Shown here: piece by piece, positions 9,493-22,541 of the stretch
How positions within the stretch are numbered: the stretch's first letter is position 1
Layout: each line of letters opens with the position of its first letter
Source of the DNA: Polyangiales bacterium
GTDB taxonomy: Bacteria > Myxococcota_A > Polyangia > Polyangiales > Ga0077539
NCBI GenBank assembly: GCA_046351515.1
Contig: JAXLYJ010000005.1
Location: 50,892 to 114,891, forward strand
Reading direction: 5' to 3'
DNA: 64,000 nt
Program-made: the position numbers and the translations under genes
The notes under the pieces: model-generated
Told to the model about the DNA's origin: nothing
The model's input: only the letters and a program-made list of their open reading frames with translations
Databases searched by the model: none

Positions 9493-11120
9493 GGCTGAGC
9501 CCGAAACCCCCGCGACCGAAAAGCCCCAGAGCTCCGTCGCGAAGAACGCCGCGATCACCTTCGCCGACGCTCGCGTCGCGCGTGCTCGGGATGTTGCGCG
9601 AGACGCTCATCGCCGCGACGTTTCCCACGGCGATCACCGACGTGTTCTTCGTCGCGTGGCGCGTGCCGAACGCGCTTCGGGCGTTGCTCGCCGAGGGCGC
9701 CGCGAGCGCCGCGCTGGGGCCAGCGTTTTCACACGCGCTCGAGCCCGAGAAGGGGCAGAGCGAGAAGAACATCCCTCGCTTGCGCGAGGTGCTCTCGCGC
9801 GTCGGCGGCGCGGCGTTCGTGGCGCTCGCGCTCGCGACGGCGCTCGGCGTGATCTTCGCACGGCCGATCTTTCAGCTCGTCTCGCACGGGTTCAACGGCG
9901 ACACGGCGCGCTTCGAGCTCGGCGTGACGTTGCTGCGCGTGCTGTTTCCGTTCTTGTTCTTGATGGGGTGGTTCAGCCTCGGACGCACGGCGCTCGAGCG
10001 ACTGGGAGACTTCACGACGGGGTCGAAGGCGAGCGTGTTGCAGAACGTCGCCTTCGTGCTCGCGCCGTTCTTGCTCGTGCCGATCGCGCCGTACGTGGGC
10101 GTGAGCCCGATCGTGATGATGGCGGTCGCGGCGCTCATCGGCGGGCTCTTGCAGGTGTTGTATTTGCGCCCGGCGCTGCGGCGACGGGGAGTGCTCGTTC
10201 GCCCGACGTTGGCCAACGATCCCGCGCTCTCGGACGTGTCCAAGACCTTCGTCACGATGCTCTACGGGCAGCTCGTCTATCAGGCGACGGTGATGCTCTC
10301 GGCGCGGCTGCTCGCCACGCTCGAGCCCGGCAGCGCCTCGTGGAACAGCTATGCCCAGCGCCTCGCGGACATCCCTCAAGGGCTCTTCACGGTCTCGCTC
10401 GCCGGCGCCGCGGCGGCCGAAATGGAGAAGGCCGCGGTCAAGCTCGACCGCGACGCCGTCGCGCGAACGTACGAGCGAACGCTCTCGCTGAGCGCCTTCG
10501 TCGCGATCCCGGCGTGCGTGCTGCTCGCGGTGTACGCGGACGCGATCGTGCCGCTCGTCTTTGGCTACGGGCGCTTCGCGCGCGGAGAAAACGCGGCGCG
10601 CAACATGTACGAGGTCGCCCGCTCGCTGCACTGGCAGGCGATCGGCGTCGGGCTGTTCGCGTTCGTGCACCCGACCAATCGAGTGTTCTCGGCGTTCAAG
10701 CGCCGCAAGCCGATCCTGACCGCCTCGACGATCGCGCTCGTGTCCTACGCGTTCGCGGGTGTGTGGCTCGCGCGCGTCCGCGGCCACGTGGGCGTCGCGA
10801 TGGCGGGAGCGATCTCGGCCGCCGTGCAGCTCGTGGTGCTGTTGTGGCTCGTTCGCAAAGAGATCCCGTTTCGGCCCGCGAACGTCGGCGAGTCGCTCGC
10901 GAAGGTGCTCGGCGCCACCGGCGTGACCGCGCTCGCCGCGGTCGCGGCCGTTCGCTGGCTGCCGATCGCGACGAACACGATTCTGTCCAAAGCGCTCGCC
11001 GTGATCGTGGGCGGTGCGCTGCTCGTGGTGTATGCCTTGGCCGCCTGGTGGCTGCGATGCGAAGAGGCGACCGAGATCGTGCGAAGGCTCCGACGGCGAA
11101 GACGCCCGCCGGAGCCGTGA
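9491..11120 (+). CDS. murJ: lipid II flippase MurJ (MviN)
   Basis: Full-length similarity to the MurJ/MOP superfamily (RVPNALRALLAEGA..., 12-14 TM helices, ~520 aa). The N-terminus MAEPETP...AKNAAITF is in ORF 9464 and switches to ORF 9582 at ~9575 after a +/-1 indel. Confidence 0.85.
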
Positions 11121-11841
11121 AGAAATCCCCTGAAAAAAAGCCGGTCGATCCGCGAAAGACCGGCGCGAGTCCCGCGGGACCGAGCGCGGGCAAACCGCCG
11201 TCGGCGCCCAAGACCTCGGGCGATCCGTGGCTCGTGACCGCGGCCGAGTTCGTGATCGAAGCGAGGGACGCGGCGCAGCTGCCCGCTCCGACGGTGAGCG
11301 AAGTGGCGTTTGCCGGCCGAAGCAACGTGGGCAAGTCCACGCTGCTCAACGCGCTCGCGCAGCGAAAGGGCTGGCGCGGACCTCCTCGACGCCGGGGTGC
11401 ACGCGCGGGCTCATCGTGTTCGACCTGCGCGCAGCGGAAAGTCCCTTCGGCTCGTCGACCTCCCGGGCTACGGCTTCGCGCGCTCGCGGGCGCGACGAGA
11501 AGCGCGACTGGGGCGCGATGATCGAGGGCTACCTCGGGGGAGGGCGCTCGTCGCTCAAGTGCGTCGCGGTCCTCGTCGACGCTCGGCGAGGGCCCGAGGA
11601 AGAAGAGCGGCAGCTCGTGGCGTTCTTGTCGTCCGTGGGCGTTCCGTTTGTGTTCGTGGCGACCAAGCTCGACAAGCTGGCCAAGAGCGAGCGGTTCGGC
11701 GCGCTCTCCCGAATCGGCGCGGAGTTTGGCGCGCGCGTCGTCGGTGTCTCCGGCGAGAGCGGCGAAGGACGCGACGATTTGCTGCGCGTGCTGCTTCGCA
11801 TGACCGGCGACAGCGATCCTGTCCGTGCCAATCACGATTGA
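11119..11841 (+). CDS. engB: ribosome biogenesis GTP-binding protein EngB/YihA (YsxC)
   Basis: EVAFAGRSNVGKSTLLNAL (G1), LARTSSTPG.TR, LVDLPGYGFA (G3) and ATKLDKL (G4), spread over three frames (9464, 11310, 11227). The GTG at 11119 overlaps the murJ stop. The N-terminal extension is Pro/Lys-rich. Confidence 0.7.
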
Positions 11842-11993
11842 CACATCTTCGGCACGTCTCGGCATGAAGTGACGCAAGAGTTCGCGTGTTCAGGGCTCAG
11901 TCTTGCCTCGCAGTTGCCTAGGAAATTCTCGAACGAAAACGAAGTTGAGTCGTTGACGGCGCGCCGTGTCGTGAACGAGAGTGGCACACAACG

Positions 11994-12880
11994 ATGTCGT
12001 TCGGACTGCTCGCTCCGCTCACCCTCGCAGCGCTCGCTTTTGTGACGACGTTGAGCCGTCCGCCGAGTCCGCCCGTCGTTCACTCGACGATTCGCGTGGT
12101 GGACGTGCGGCGCAGCGGCGCTCGTGGCGCGCGGCGCGAGCGTGCTCGACGCGCGCGACGCGGGAGCGTTTTCGAGCGGGCACCTTCCGGGCGCGCAGCT
12201 GTACGCCTGGTCGCTGTTCACGGGGACCGGTGCGCAGCGCGGCCGATTGCGCGCGGACCTCAGCTCGATCGCCGCCGGGCTCGCGGCGCTGGGCGTCGAT
12301 GAGTCTCGACCGACGCTGGTCTACGGCGCAGCTGGCACGGGCAACGGCGAAGAAGGGCACGCTGCGCGCGGCTGCTCGCGCTGCTGGGACACAACGACGT
12401 CGCGATGCTCGACGGCGGGATCGAAGCGTGGCGCTCTGCTGGGCGCCCTGTGGTCACCAGCGTGACCAGCGCTCGCGCGGGGCGGTTCTCGGCGCGCGTT
12501 CGTCCGGAGCCCGGGCGGACCGCGAGCTGGTCGCGTCGGGGCGCGCGCAGCTCCTCGACGTGCGAACGGCCTCTGAATTTGCAGGAACCGCGTCGGGAGC
12601 GGAGGCGCGGCGAGGCCACATTCCGGGCGCGCTTTCGATGGACTGGCGCACGGTGCTCGACGAGCGCGGCCGCGTTCGGCCGGCGCAGCGCCTGCGCGAG
12701 GCGCTCGAACACGCGGGCGTCGATGCGGGCGATCCGATCGTGCTGGTGTGCTCGAACGGCGTTCGCTCGGGCTTTGTCGCGTCGAGGCTCGCGGCGCGCG
12801 CTGTGGTTTCGGCCCGCGTGTACGACGGCGCGATGATCGAGTGGAGCGCGGACGAGACCGCGCCGCTCGCCGCCGGCTGA
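11994..12880 (+). CDS. tandem-rhodanese sulfurtransferase (SseA/thiosulfate sulfurtransferase-like), with signal-peptide-like N-terminus; four or more frameshifts
   Basis: Two rhodanese modules: VLDARDAGAFSSGHLPGAQ...PTLVYGAAG and LLDVRTASEF..GHIPGA...PIVLVCSNGVRS (catalytic Cys loop). Pieces lie in ORFs 11994, 12124, 12405 and 11981. Confidence 0.6.
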
Positions 12881-13027
12881 GCGCGGGCGCAGGCAAATCG
12901 CGCGCTGTGAAGGCAAAGTTGGTATAGGCTCCGGCCGTGCTGCGTTGCCCTCTGCGGACTCGATCTCGCGCCGGGAACTACCGAGTGCCCGCGCGACGGC
13001 GTCGCCATCGGCGACCCGACCGACTCG

Positions 13028-14583
13028 ATGGTGGGCGTCACGCTCGGCGGTCGCTACAAGATCCTCGCGCGGCTGGCGCGCGGCGGCATGGCGACGGTCT
13101 ATCTGGCACAACACCAGCTCATCGGACGCAAGGCCGCGATCAAAGTCCTTCGCCGCGAGCTGTGTGACGACCCGGTGCAGCGCGACCGATTTGTGCGCGA
13201 GGCGAGGGCGGTCAACCGCATCGATCACGAGAACATCGTGCAGATCGTCGACTACGGCGAGGCGGACGACGGTCGCGTGTTCTTGGTGATGGAGTACCTG
13301 CCTGGCGAGTCGCTGCACCACCGGATCGGCCGCGGGATTCTCCCGCCGCTGCGGGCCTTGGACATTTCGGCACAGATCGCCGCGGGTCTGGCGCGCGCGC
13401 ACCAGATGGGCGTGATCACCGCGACCTGAAGCCGGACAACATCCTGCTGTTGCCTCCGCCCGAGCCGGGCGGGCGCGATCGGGTGAAGATCCTCGATTTC
13501 GGGATCGCGAAGCTGCTCGACCAGCCCGCGCTCACCGCCTCGGACAAGATCTTCGAACGCCCGGATACATCGCCGAGTACGCCTCGGGCGCGCCGATCGA
13601 CGCGCGGGCGGATCTGTATTCGCTCGGCGTGGTGCTGTACGAAATGGTCACGGGCAGGCTTCCCTTCGAGGCCGAGCCCGGCGGATCTGTTGCTCAAGCA
13701 CATGCTCGATCCGCCGATCGCGCCGCGCTCGGTCCGTCCCGAGCTGCCCAAGTCCGTCGAAGACCTGATCCTGCGCCTGCTCGTGAAGAACGCTGATCAG
13801 CGGTTTCGCGATGCGTTTCACTTGATCGAAGAAATCGACCGGGTGCGACTGAGCATCGGCGGGCCGAGCCCCGAGATCACCGCGGTGCGCGCGGCGATTT
13901 CGGTGATCGGAGCCGATCGCGCCGGTGGAGCCGACGAGCGGGACGGGGCTCGTTCCGCCGACGCCCGAGCACGGAAGGAGCATGCTGGGGGCGCGCTCGT
14001 GGAGTCGATACATCGACGCCATGCGCGGCGCGCTCACCGAGCGATTTCGCGCGGCGATCCCCGAGCCGATCGTCCATCGCCTCGGCGTGATGGAGTCGCA
14101 GCTCGCCACGATGCGCGAGCGCCTCGAGCACATCGAGCAGTGCAAGCGCGAGCTGCTCTCGCTCGAGTCTCGCGGCCGTGATTTTCGCCGGACGATGGGC
14201 CGCGCGATCGACACGCTCTCTCGTGATCGCAGCAGCAAAGAGCGCGAGCGCGATCAGATCGCTGAAGAGCGCGAGCAGATCGCGCGGGCGCGCGCCGACG
14301 CCGTCGAGCGTGTAGACGCCGGCGACGCTGCGGCGAGCGGCGAGGCGGACGCGCTGCTCTGGCGCCGGCCGCCTGCGACGAGCTGCTCCGCGACGCGGTG
14401 ATGCAGGTCGAGGACATCGAGTTTCAGCTGCGCGAAATCGAAGCGCAGCTCGAGCGCCTCAACGAAGGGCTCGAGCACGAGCAGGACGCGCTCGTCGCCG
14501 CGATGCAGAGCGCGATGACCGACGTGGCCAAGGACGACGCAGTCTTGCGCTCGCACGCGCAAGCGCTGCAGAGCTCGAGCTGA
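13028..14583 (+). CDS. Ser/Thr protein kinase with C-terminal coiled-coil region
   Basis: Hanks kinase motifs: glycine loop/lysine [43 protein letters not shown]-like. The C-terminal [18 protein letters not shown] / [17 protein letters not shown] looks coiled-coil. Spread over ORFs 13028, 13450, 13925 and 14398. Confidence 0.7.
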
Positions 14584-14603
14584 GCGCTTCGCCAGCGGTT
14601 GAA

Positions 14604-17555
<2,952 letters not shown>

Positions 17556-17566
17556 TTCGTCGGCGA

Positions 17567-18519
17567 TTGAGCGCTTCGGGCAACGAACGAGAGGGGGAAC
17601 GTCGCGCGGTGATCGCGACGCTGCTCGCGGTGCAGGTCGCGTTCGCGAGCTGGTCCATCGTGGGAAAGGTCACGCTCGGCGTCGTCCCTGCTGAGGCGCT
17701 CACGTTCGTGCGGCTGCTCGGCGGCGCGCTGGCGTTCTCGCTCGTGGCGAGGATGCGACGCGCTCCTTGGCTGCCGCCGAAGGGCGAGCGGTGGTCGTTT
17801 GTGCTGCTCGCGCTCTCGGGCCTCGTGATCAATCAGCTGTGTTTTACTTGGGGATTGAAGCGAACGAGCGCGGTCGAGACCACGCTGCTCGTCGCGATGA
17901 TCCCCGTGCTGTCCGCGACGGTGGCGGTGTTCACCGGCGCAGAGCGCCCGCGCGCAGGTTTTGGTTCGGCCTCGCCAGCGCGTTGTCGGGCGCGGTGATG
18001 GTCGCTCGTCCGTGGCGAATCGCCGCGCAGCCTGCGCACTTGTTGGGCGACGCGCTGGTGCTCATCAACTCCGCTTCGTATGCGGTGTATCTCGTGCGCG
18101 GGCGCGCGGCGTTCATGAAGCACGGGGCGATGACGGTGCTCGGGTGGATCTTTCCGATCGCCGCGCTGTGCACGGCGCCGCTCGGGCTGCCCGAGCTTGT
18201 GCGCACGATCGGCGGGTACGCCCCGCGCACGTGGGCGGCGCTCGCGTACGTGGTGCTCGCGCCGACGGTGCTCGCGTACGGTGGCAACGCGTTCGCGCTC
18301 GCGCGCGCGCCGAGCTCGCTCGTGGCCGCGTTCATCTACATTCAGCCCGCGCTCGCGATGCTCTTCGCTGTCACGCTCGGCGATCCGCTCGCGCGGTGGC
18401 TGGGAGTCGCTCCGCCCAACGAGCGCTTGGAGTGGACTTCAGCGTTCGGGATGGCGGCGATCCTCGCGGGGGTGTGGATCGCGACCCGCAAGCCGGCCAG
18501 CGAAGGCGCGAAAGCGTAG
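17567..18519 (+). CDS. EamA/DMT-family (RhaT-like) transporter
   Basis: About ten TM helices in two EamA repeats. One frameshift near 17940 (ORFs 17567 and 17767). Confidence 0.65.
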
Positions 18520-18727
18520 CGTGATTTGCACCGCGGTGTCTGCGAAGATGTTGCGAGCAAATTTCCAGGGATTGCGACGAAAACAACGAAACTTTGCCCT
18601 GACGAACGATCTCGTCGTGCGCTAGGCTATTGGGTGTCGACGATGTGTCGACCTGATGTCTCGCGAACGATGCGAGCCGCCGCTCGCGAAGACGTCGCGC
18701 AACCACTCCGATCCAGGAGGCACGAGC

Positions 18728-19078
18728 ATGGGAGTTTCGATCACGTTCCGTCACATGGACTCGAGCGATGCGATCAAGTCGTACGCGCGCGAGAAGATCG
18801 AACGCACTCAGAAGTATCTTCGCGCGCCCATGGACGCGCAGGTGACGCTCTCGACCGAGCGCCACCAATTCGTCGCCGAAGTTCATCTCTCGTCGGGCGG
18901 CCGTCAGTACCACGCGCGCCACGACAGCGACGACATGTACAAGTCCATCGATCTCGTTACGGACAAGATTCAGCACCAGATCGCGAAGGCTCACGACACC
19001 GCGGCGCGCAACGCCAAGGGCGGGCACGGGGCGGCGGAGGTCGCGCTCGAAGCCGAGGCGGACCGAGAAGAGGCCTGA
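18728..19078 (+). CDS. hpf: ribosome hibernation promoting factor / sigma-54 modulation protein
   Basis: MGVSITFRHMDSSDAIKSYAREKIERTQKYL...VTLSTERHQFVAEVHLSSGG is the HPF/RaiA (YfiA) fold. It lies immediately upstream of ptsN, as in rpoN-hpf-ptsN clusters. Confidence 0.85.
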   Translation: MGVSITFRHMDSSDAIKSYAREKIERTQKYLRAPMDAQVTLSTERHQFVAEVHLSSGGRQYHARHDSDDMYKSIDLVTDKIQHQIAKAHDTAARNAKGGHGAAEVALEAEADREEA

Positions 19079-19138
19079 AGCAGAAACAGCGGAACACCGC
19101 TTTACATCGCGCGTGCATTGGGGGTAATTCGCCGCGCG

Positions 19139-19687
19139 ATGCGTCTGATGGAACTCGTCTCTGCAGAGTGCATCGAGCCCGAGCTCCGCGCGTCGGACAA
19201 GCACTCGGTGCTCGCTGCGCTCGGCGCGTTGCTCGCCCGAGTGACGCCCAACGTCACGAGCGACGCCATCACGCGCGTGCTCGAAGAGCGCGAGGCGCTG
19301 GCGAGCACGGGGGTGGGCGACGAGGTCGCGATTCCGCACGGGCGAATGCCAGGGCTCGATCGCGTCGTTGCGGCGCTCGCGTTCAGCGCGACGGGCATCG
19401 AGTTCGACGCGATCGATCGTCGGCCGGTGCGCATCTTCGTGGCCATCCTCGCGCCCGAAAAAGACACCACTGGCCACCTGAAGGCGCTCGCGCGCTTCTC
19501 GCGACTGTTGCGCGACGCGCGCGTCCGCGATCGGCTCTTGGCCGAGAAGTCCGCCGCTGCCGTGCACGCGATCCTCGAGCACGAGGCCAACATCAACGAG
19601 GTGCTGAGCGCTCGTCGCGTGCGGTCGCCGACTGTTCGACCCGCGCCTTCTGTGCGAGGCTGTGACGCAACACGAGGTTGCGCATGA
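19139..19687 (+). CDS. ptsN: PTS IIA-like nitrogen regulatory protein (EIIA-Ntr)
   Basis: LSAECIEPEL..SDKHSVLAALGALLA...STGVGDEVAIPHGRMPGLDRVVAALAF...RPVRIFVAILAPE matches the PTS EIIA type-2 domain, including the conserved His. Stop TGA overlaps the next ATG (ATGA). Confidence 0.8.
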   Translation: MRLMELVSAECIEPELRASDKHSVLAALGALLARVTPNVTSDAITRVLEEREALASTGVGDEVAIPHGRMPGLDRVVAALAFSATGIEFDAIDRRPVRIFVAILAPEKDTTGHLKALARFSRLLRDARVRDRLLAEKSAAAVHAILEHEANINEVLSARRVRSPTVRPAPSVRGCDATRGCA

Positions 19688-20860
19688 CAAGACTCTCGCT
19701 GGTGCTGCTCTTGGGCAGCGTGGGGTGCGTAGGGACCACGAGGACTGTGCAAATCGCCGCGCCGTCGGCGCCGACCACCGTGCACGTGGCGGTGAACATC
19801 ACCGTCGGTCAGCCGCTGGTCGAACGCGACGTGAGGCTCGCGCTGGCAGAGCACGGGCGATGGCAGAGTTCGTCGCTCGGCGAGCTGTGGATTCCCGCGG
19901 TGGGCGAGCGCGAAGAGTTTGTTCCGTATGTGACGCACGGGCAGTGGGTGCAGAGCGCGCAGGGGCCGCAATGGTCCAGTCAGTTTGCGTGGGGTCCGAT
20001 CGTGTTTCACTACGGTCGGTGGGTGCGCGTCGGATCGTCGTGGGGCTGGCGCTTCGATCGCGCATACTCGCCGTCGACCGTGCTGTGGCGCCGCTCGGGC
20101 TCGTACGTCGGTTGGAGTGTTGCCGGCCACGACGAGTGGTGCTGGCTCTTGTTCGATGAGCTGTACGCTCCGTCTCCGTGGCGTTCGATCGAGCGCGGTC
20201 GCGCAGCGGCGCCGATCGCTGCGACCAGCCGAGACATCGCGCGCCCCGAGATCGAGCTCGGCGTCGGTGGGGACCGCCGGGCGGCCAGCGCACGTCCGGC
20301 GAAACGACGCGCGGCCAGCAGCGGCTCGAGAGCGCGCCGAGCGACCATCGCTGGGCCACGATCGTGATTCGCGACGAGCGCGCCGAGCAAGAGTTCGAGC
20401 AGCTCTCGGAGTACGAGCAATCTGCGCCCGCGACGCACAGCCCTGTCCCTGCCTCGCAGCCGACGAGCCCGGTGGCGAACGCGCGCACGGCGCCGTCCTT
20501 CACGCGCGTGACGCCGAGCGCGTCGGGCACGTTGTGGGGCGATCAAGAGCGTCTTCGCGCTCCCACGGTGGCCAACATCGATCCGCGCTTCACGCCGCAC
20601 GCGATGCTTCGAGCGCCGATCGCGAACGTGCAGCCCGCCGCGCCCGTGCAAGAGCCCTCTGCTCCGCGCGTCACGGGTCCGTCGCCGTCGCCCTCGTCGT
20701 CGCCGTCTTCGGCGGTCGTTGGACAGGGGCTGTGGTGATTCCGAGCAGCGTTTCGACGGGCGTTGCGACGGTGGTCCCGCGCACGCCCGCTGTGGTGGCG
20801 ACGCCCGTCTCGGTCGTGGTCCCCGCCGCGACGACCATCGCGAGCACGCGCGTTCGTTAG
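19683..20860 (+). CDS. Trp-rich lipoprotein, hypothetical; frameshifted
   Basis: Lipoprotein signal MRMTRLSLVLLLGSVGC. A W/G-rich segment follows (WQSSSLGELWIPAVG...WVRVGSSWGWRF...WCWLLF), then P/S/T-rich low complexity. Spread over ORFs 19678, 20178 and 19985. Confidence 0.35.
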
Positions 20861-20890
20861 CGTGCGCGCTCGAGACTGCGCAGATGCGTT

Positions 20891-21698
20891 CTAGTGCCGC
20901 GGCGCGCGGTCTTCGTCGCGTCGCACGACGAACGTCGGCAGGCGCTCGCGCGACTCGAAGGTCGAGCGGTACTGCGAGACATCGCGAAGCGAGTTGAACG
21001 GACCGATGCGCACGCGGTGCCACGTTCCCTGTCCGTTGGTGGCGGGCGCCGAGGCTACGAACGCGCGATGGCCGCGTTCGCGCAGGCGCTGCGCGAAGGT
21101 CTGCGCGCGCTCGCGATGTTGCGAAACGAGCTCACCTGCAGCGTAAACGCGCCGTCGCTGCCTGCGCTGGCGGGGGCGCGTTGCTGTTCGCGACCGCGCT
21201 GGCGACGGGCAAGTGCGCCGGCGTCGGAGCGTTGTTTCGCACCGCGCCAGCGTTGTCGATGAGCGCCGCGGCGGGGACGTTCGCTGCGGCGTTGCGCGCC
21301 ATCGACGGCGTGATGCTCGCGCTCGGCGCCGCGGGGCTCACGGAGGGATTGGCCGCGCTGGTCGCGCCTGCAACGGGCGCAGCGGTGTTGGTCGCGGTCG
21401 AAGGGTTCGCTCCTTCGAGCACGTTGCGTCGCTCGGGCGCGAGCTGCGACGGAAACGTCACCTCGGGCGCCGGAGCGCGCGCGGCTTGCGCGGCGAGCGC
21501 GTCGAGCCTCGCGAGGGGATCTTCGCGGCGCGTCGCGCGGGTCGTGTCGTTGTCGCGTCCGATGAGCACGCCCGCCGCGAACAGAACGCACGCAGCCGCG
21601 AGGCCCGAGACGGCGAGCACGACGGTGCGCGCCGGGTCTCTGCCGTCCTCACGTTCGCGAATCTGATCGAGATCTCGCATCGTTCCCATATCGCTCAT
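20891..21698 (-). CDS. SPOR-domain (septal peptidoglycan-binding) membrane protein
   Basis: N-terminal cytoplasmic segment plus TM (TVVLAVSGLAAACVLFAAGVLIG) and an Ala/Pro-rich linker in ORF 21132..21698. By manual translation of the reverse complement of 20891..21130, the C-terminal domain reads AFTLQVSSFRN..AQTFAQRLRERGHRAFVASAPATNGQGTWHRVRIGPFNSLRDVSQYRS, a SPOR-like fold, with one frameshift. Confidence 0.55.
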
Positions 21699-21785
21699 CG
21701 CTCACCCGACCTCCGTCCAACCATCGAAGGTCGGACGTACACGACGAGGTCGCGCGACAGCGAATTTTCGACGAGCTGCGCGCGC

Positions 21786-22262
21786 TCAACGAGCGACGAT
21801 GAACGTCTCGTTCGAGGCTTCGTAGCGACCTGCTTCGCCTTCGACGAACTGCCGCACCGAGAGTTGATCGCCGCGCTGCGAGATCGTCACCGGGCCGCCG
21901 GGCATCGAGAGCACAGGCCCCAAGCGGATGAAGTAGCGACCCGCGCCGGTGGCTCCGGCGTCGGGCGCGCCCGCGTCAGTGGCGACGCGCGTGGCGAAAG
22001 CCGAGGCAGAGTACGCGGTCCCGTTCGGCAGCGAGCGCGTGATGTTCTGCACGACGACCAGCGCGCCGGGCTGCGCGTACCCGGCGATGTCCACGATCAC
22101 GCCGCCCGCAGGGCAGTCGGTGCCCGCGCAATCCGTGAGCGCCTGCACTTGCGCCATCGGCGGCGGGATCGGGATCGGAACGCCCAGACAGCTCGTCGCC
22201 GTCGCGCTGAGCGCGATCACCAACGAAGCGCGAATCACGAGTCGGCGTGCTGGGCTCGTCAT
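21786..22262 (-). CDS. hypothetical lipoprotein
   Basis: MTSPARRLVIRASLVIALSATATSCLG lipobox. Secreted ~150-aa protein; no family recognised. Confidence 0.4.
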   Translation of the reverse strand: MTSPARRLVIRASLVIALSATATSCLGVPIPIPPPMAQVQALTDCAGTDCPAGGVIVDIAGYAQPGALVVVQNITRSLPNGTAYSASAFATRVATDAGAPDAGATGAGRYFIRLGPVLSMPGGPVTISQRGDQLSVRQFVEGEAGRYEASNETFIVAR

Positions 22263-22541
22263 CGAAGTTGCCGTGGAGTTGCAACAGCATGCCATGTGCC
22301 GCTGAGCGCCGCTCGAATCGCAGCAAAAACGCACGGTCGCTTCGGGCGTGGCTGACAACGTTGTTGGCGGAGCCGCGGCGCTCGAAGCAGTGGACAGAAT
22401 ACGACACTACGCGTGTGCGCGCGCGAGCATTAATAGTGGCCGACGGAAGGGGGCGATGGTACAGAGACGAACTCGCGATTGGCCTGAGATTCCTGTGGGT
22501 TTCTGGCGTTTTGGCCGGCGAGTGTGCGAACCGAGGCGACG

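Noticed and set aside
6715-9498. 927-aa plus-strand ORF
   Set aside because: It is entirely antisense to the homology-supported TPR-dynamin gene. The translation is Arg/Ala-rich (RRRR, RERER runs), typical of wrong-frame ORFs in 70% GC DNA. No motif recognised.
11842-13027. Non-coding gaps 11842-11993, 12881-13027, 18520-18727 and 22263-22541 inspected for tRNA/sRNA genes
   Set aside because: No cloverleaf-compatible sequence (no GTTC-Pu-A T-loop with matching acceptor stem) and no conserved box elements were seen by eye. A tRNAscan/Infernal run would be needed to be sure.
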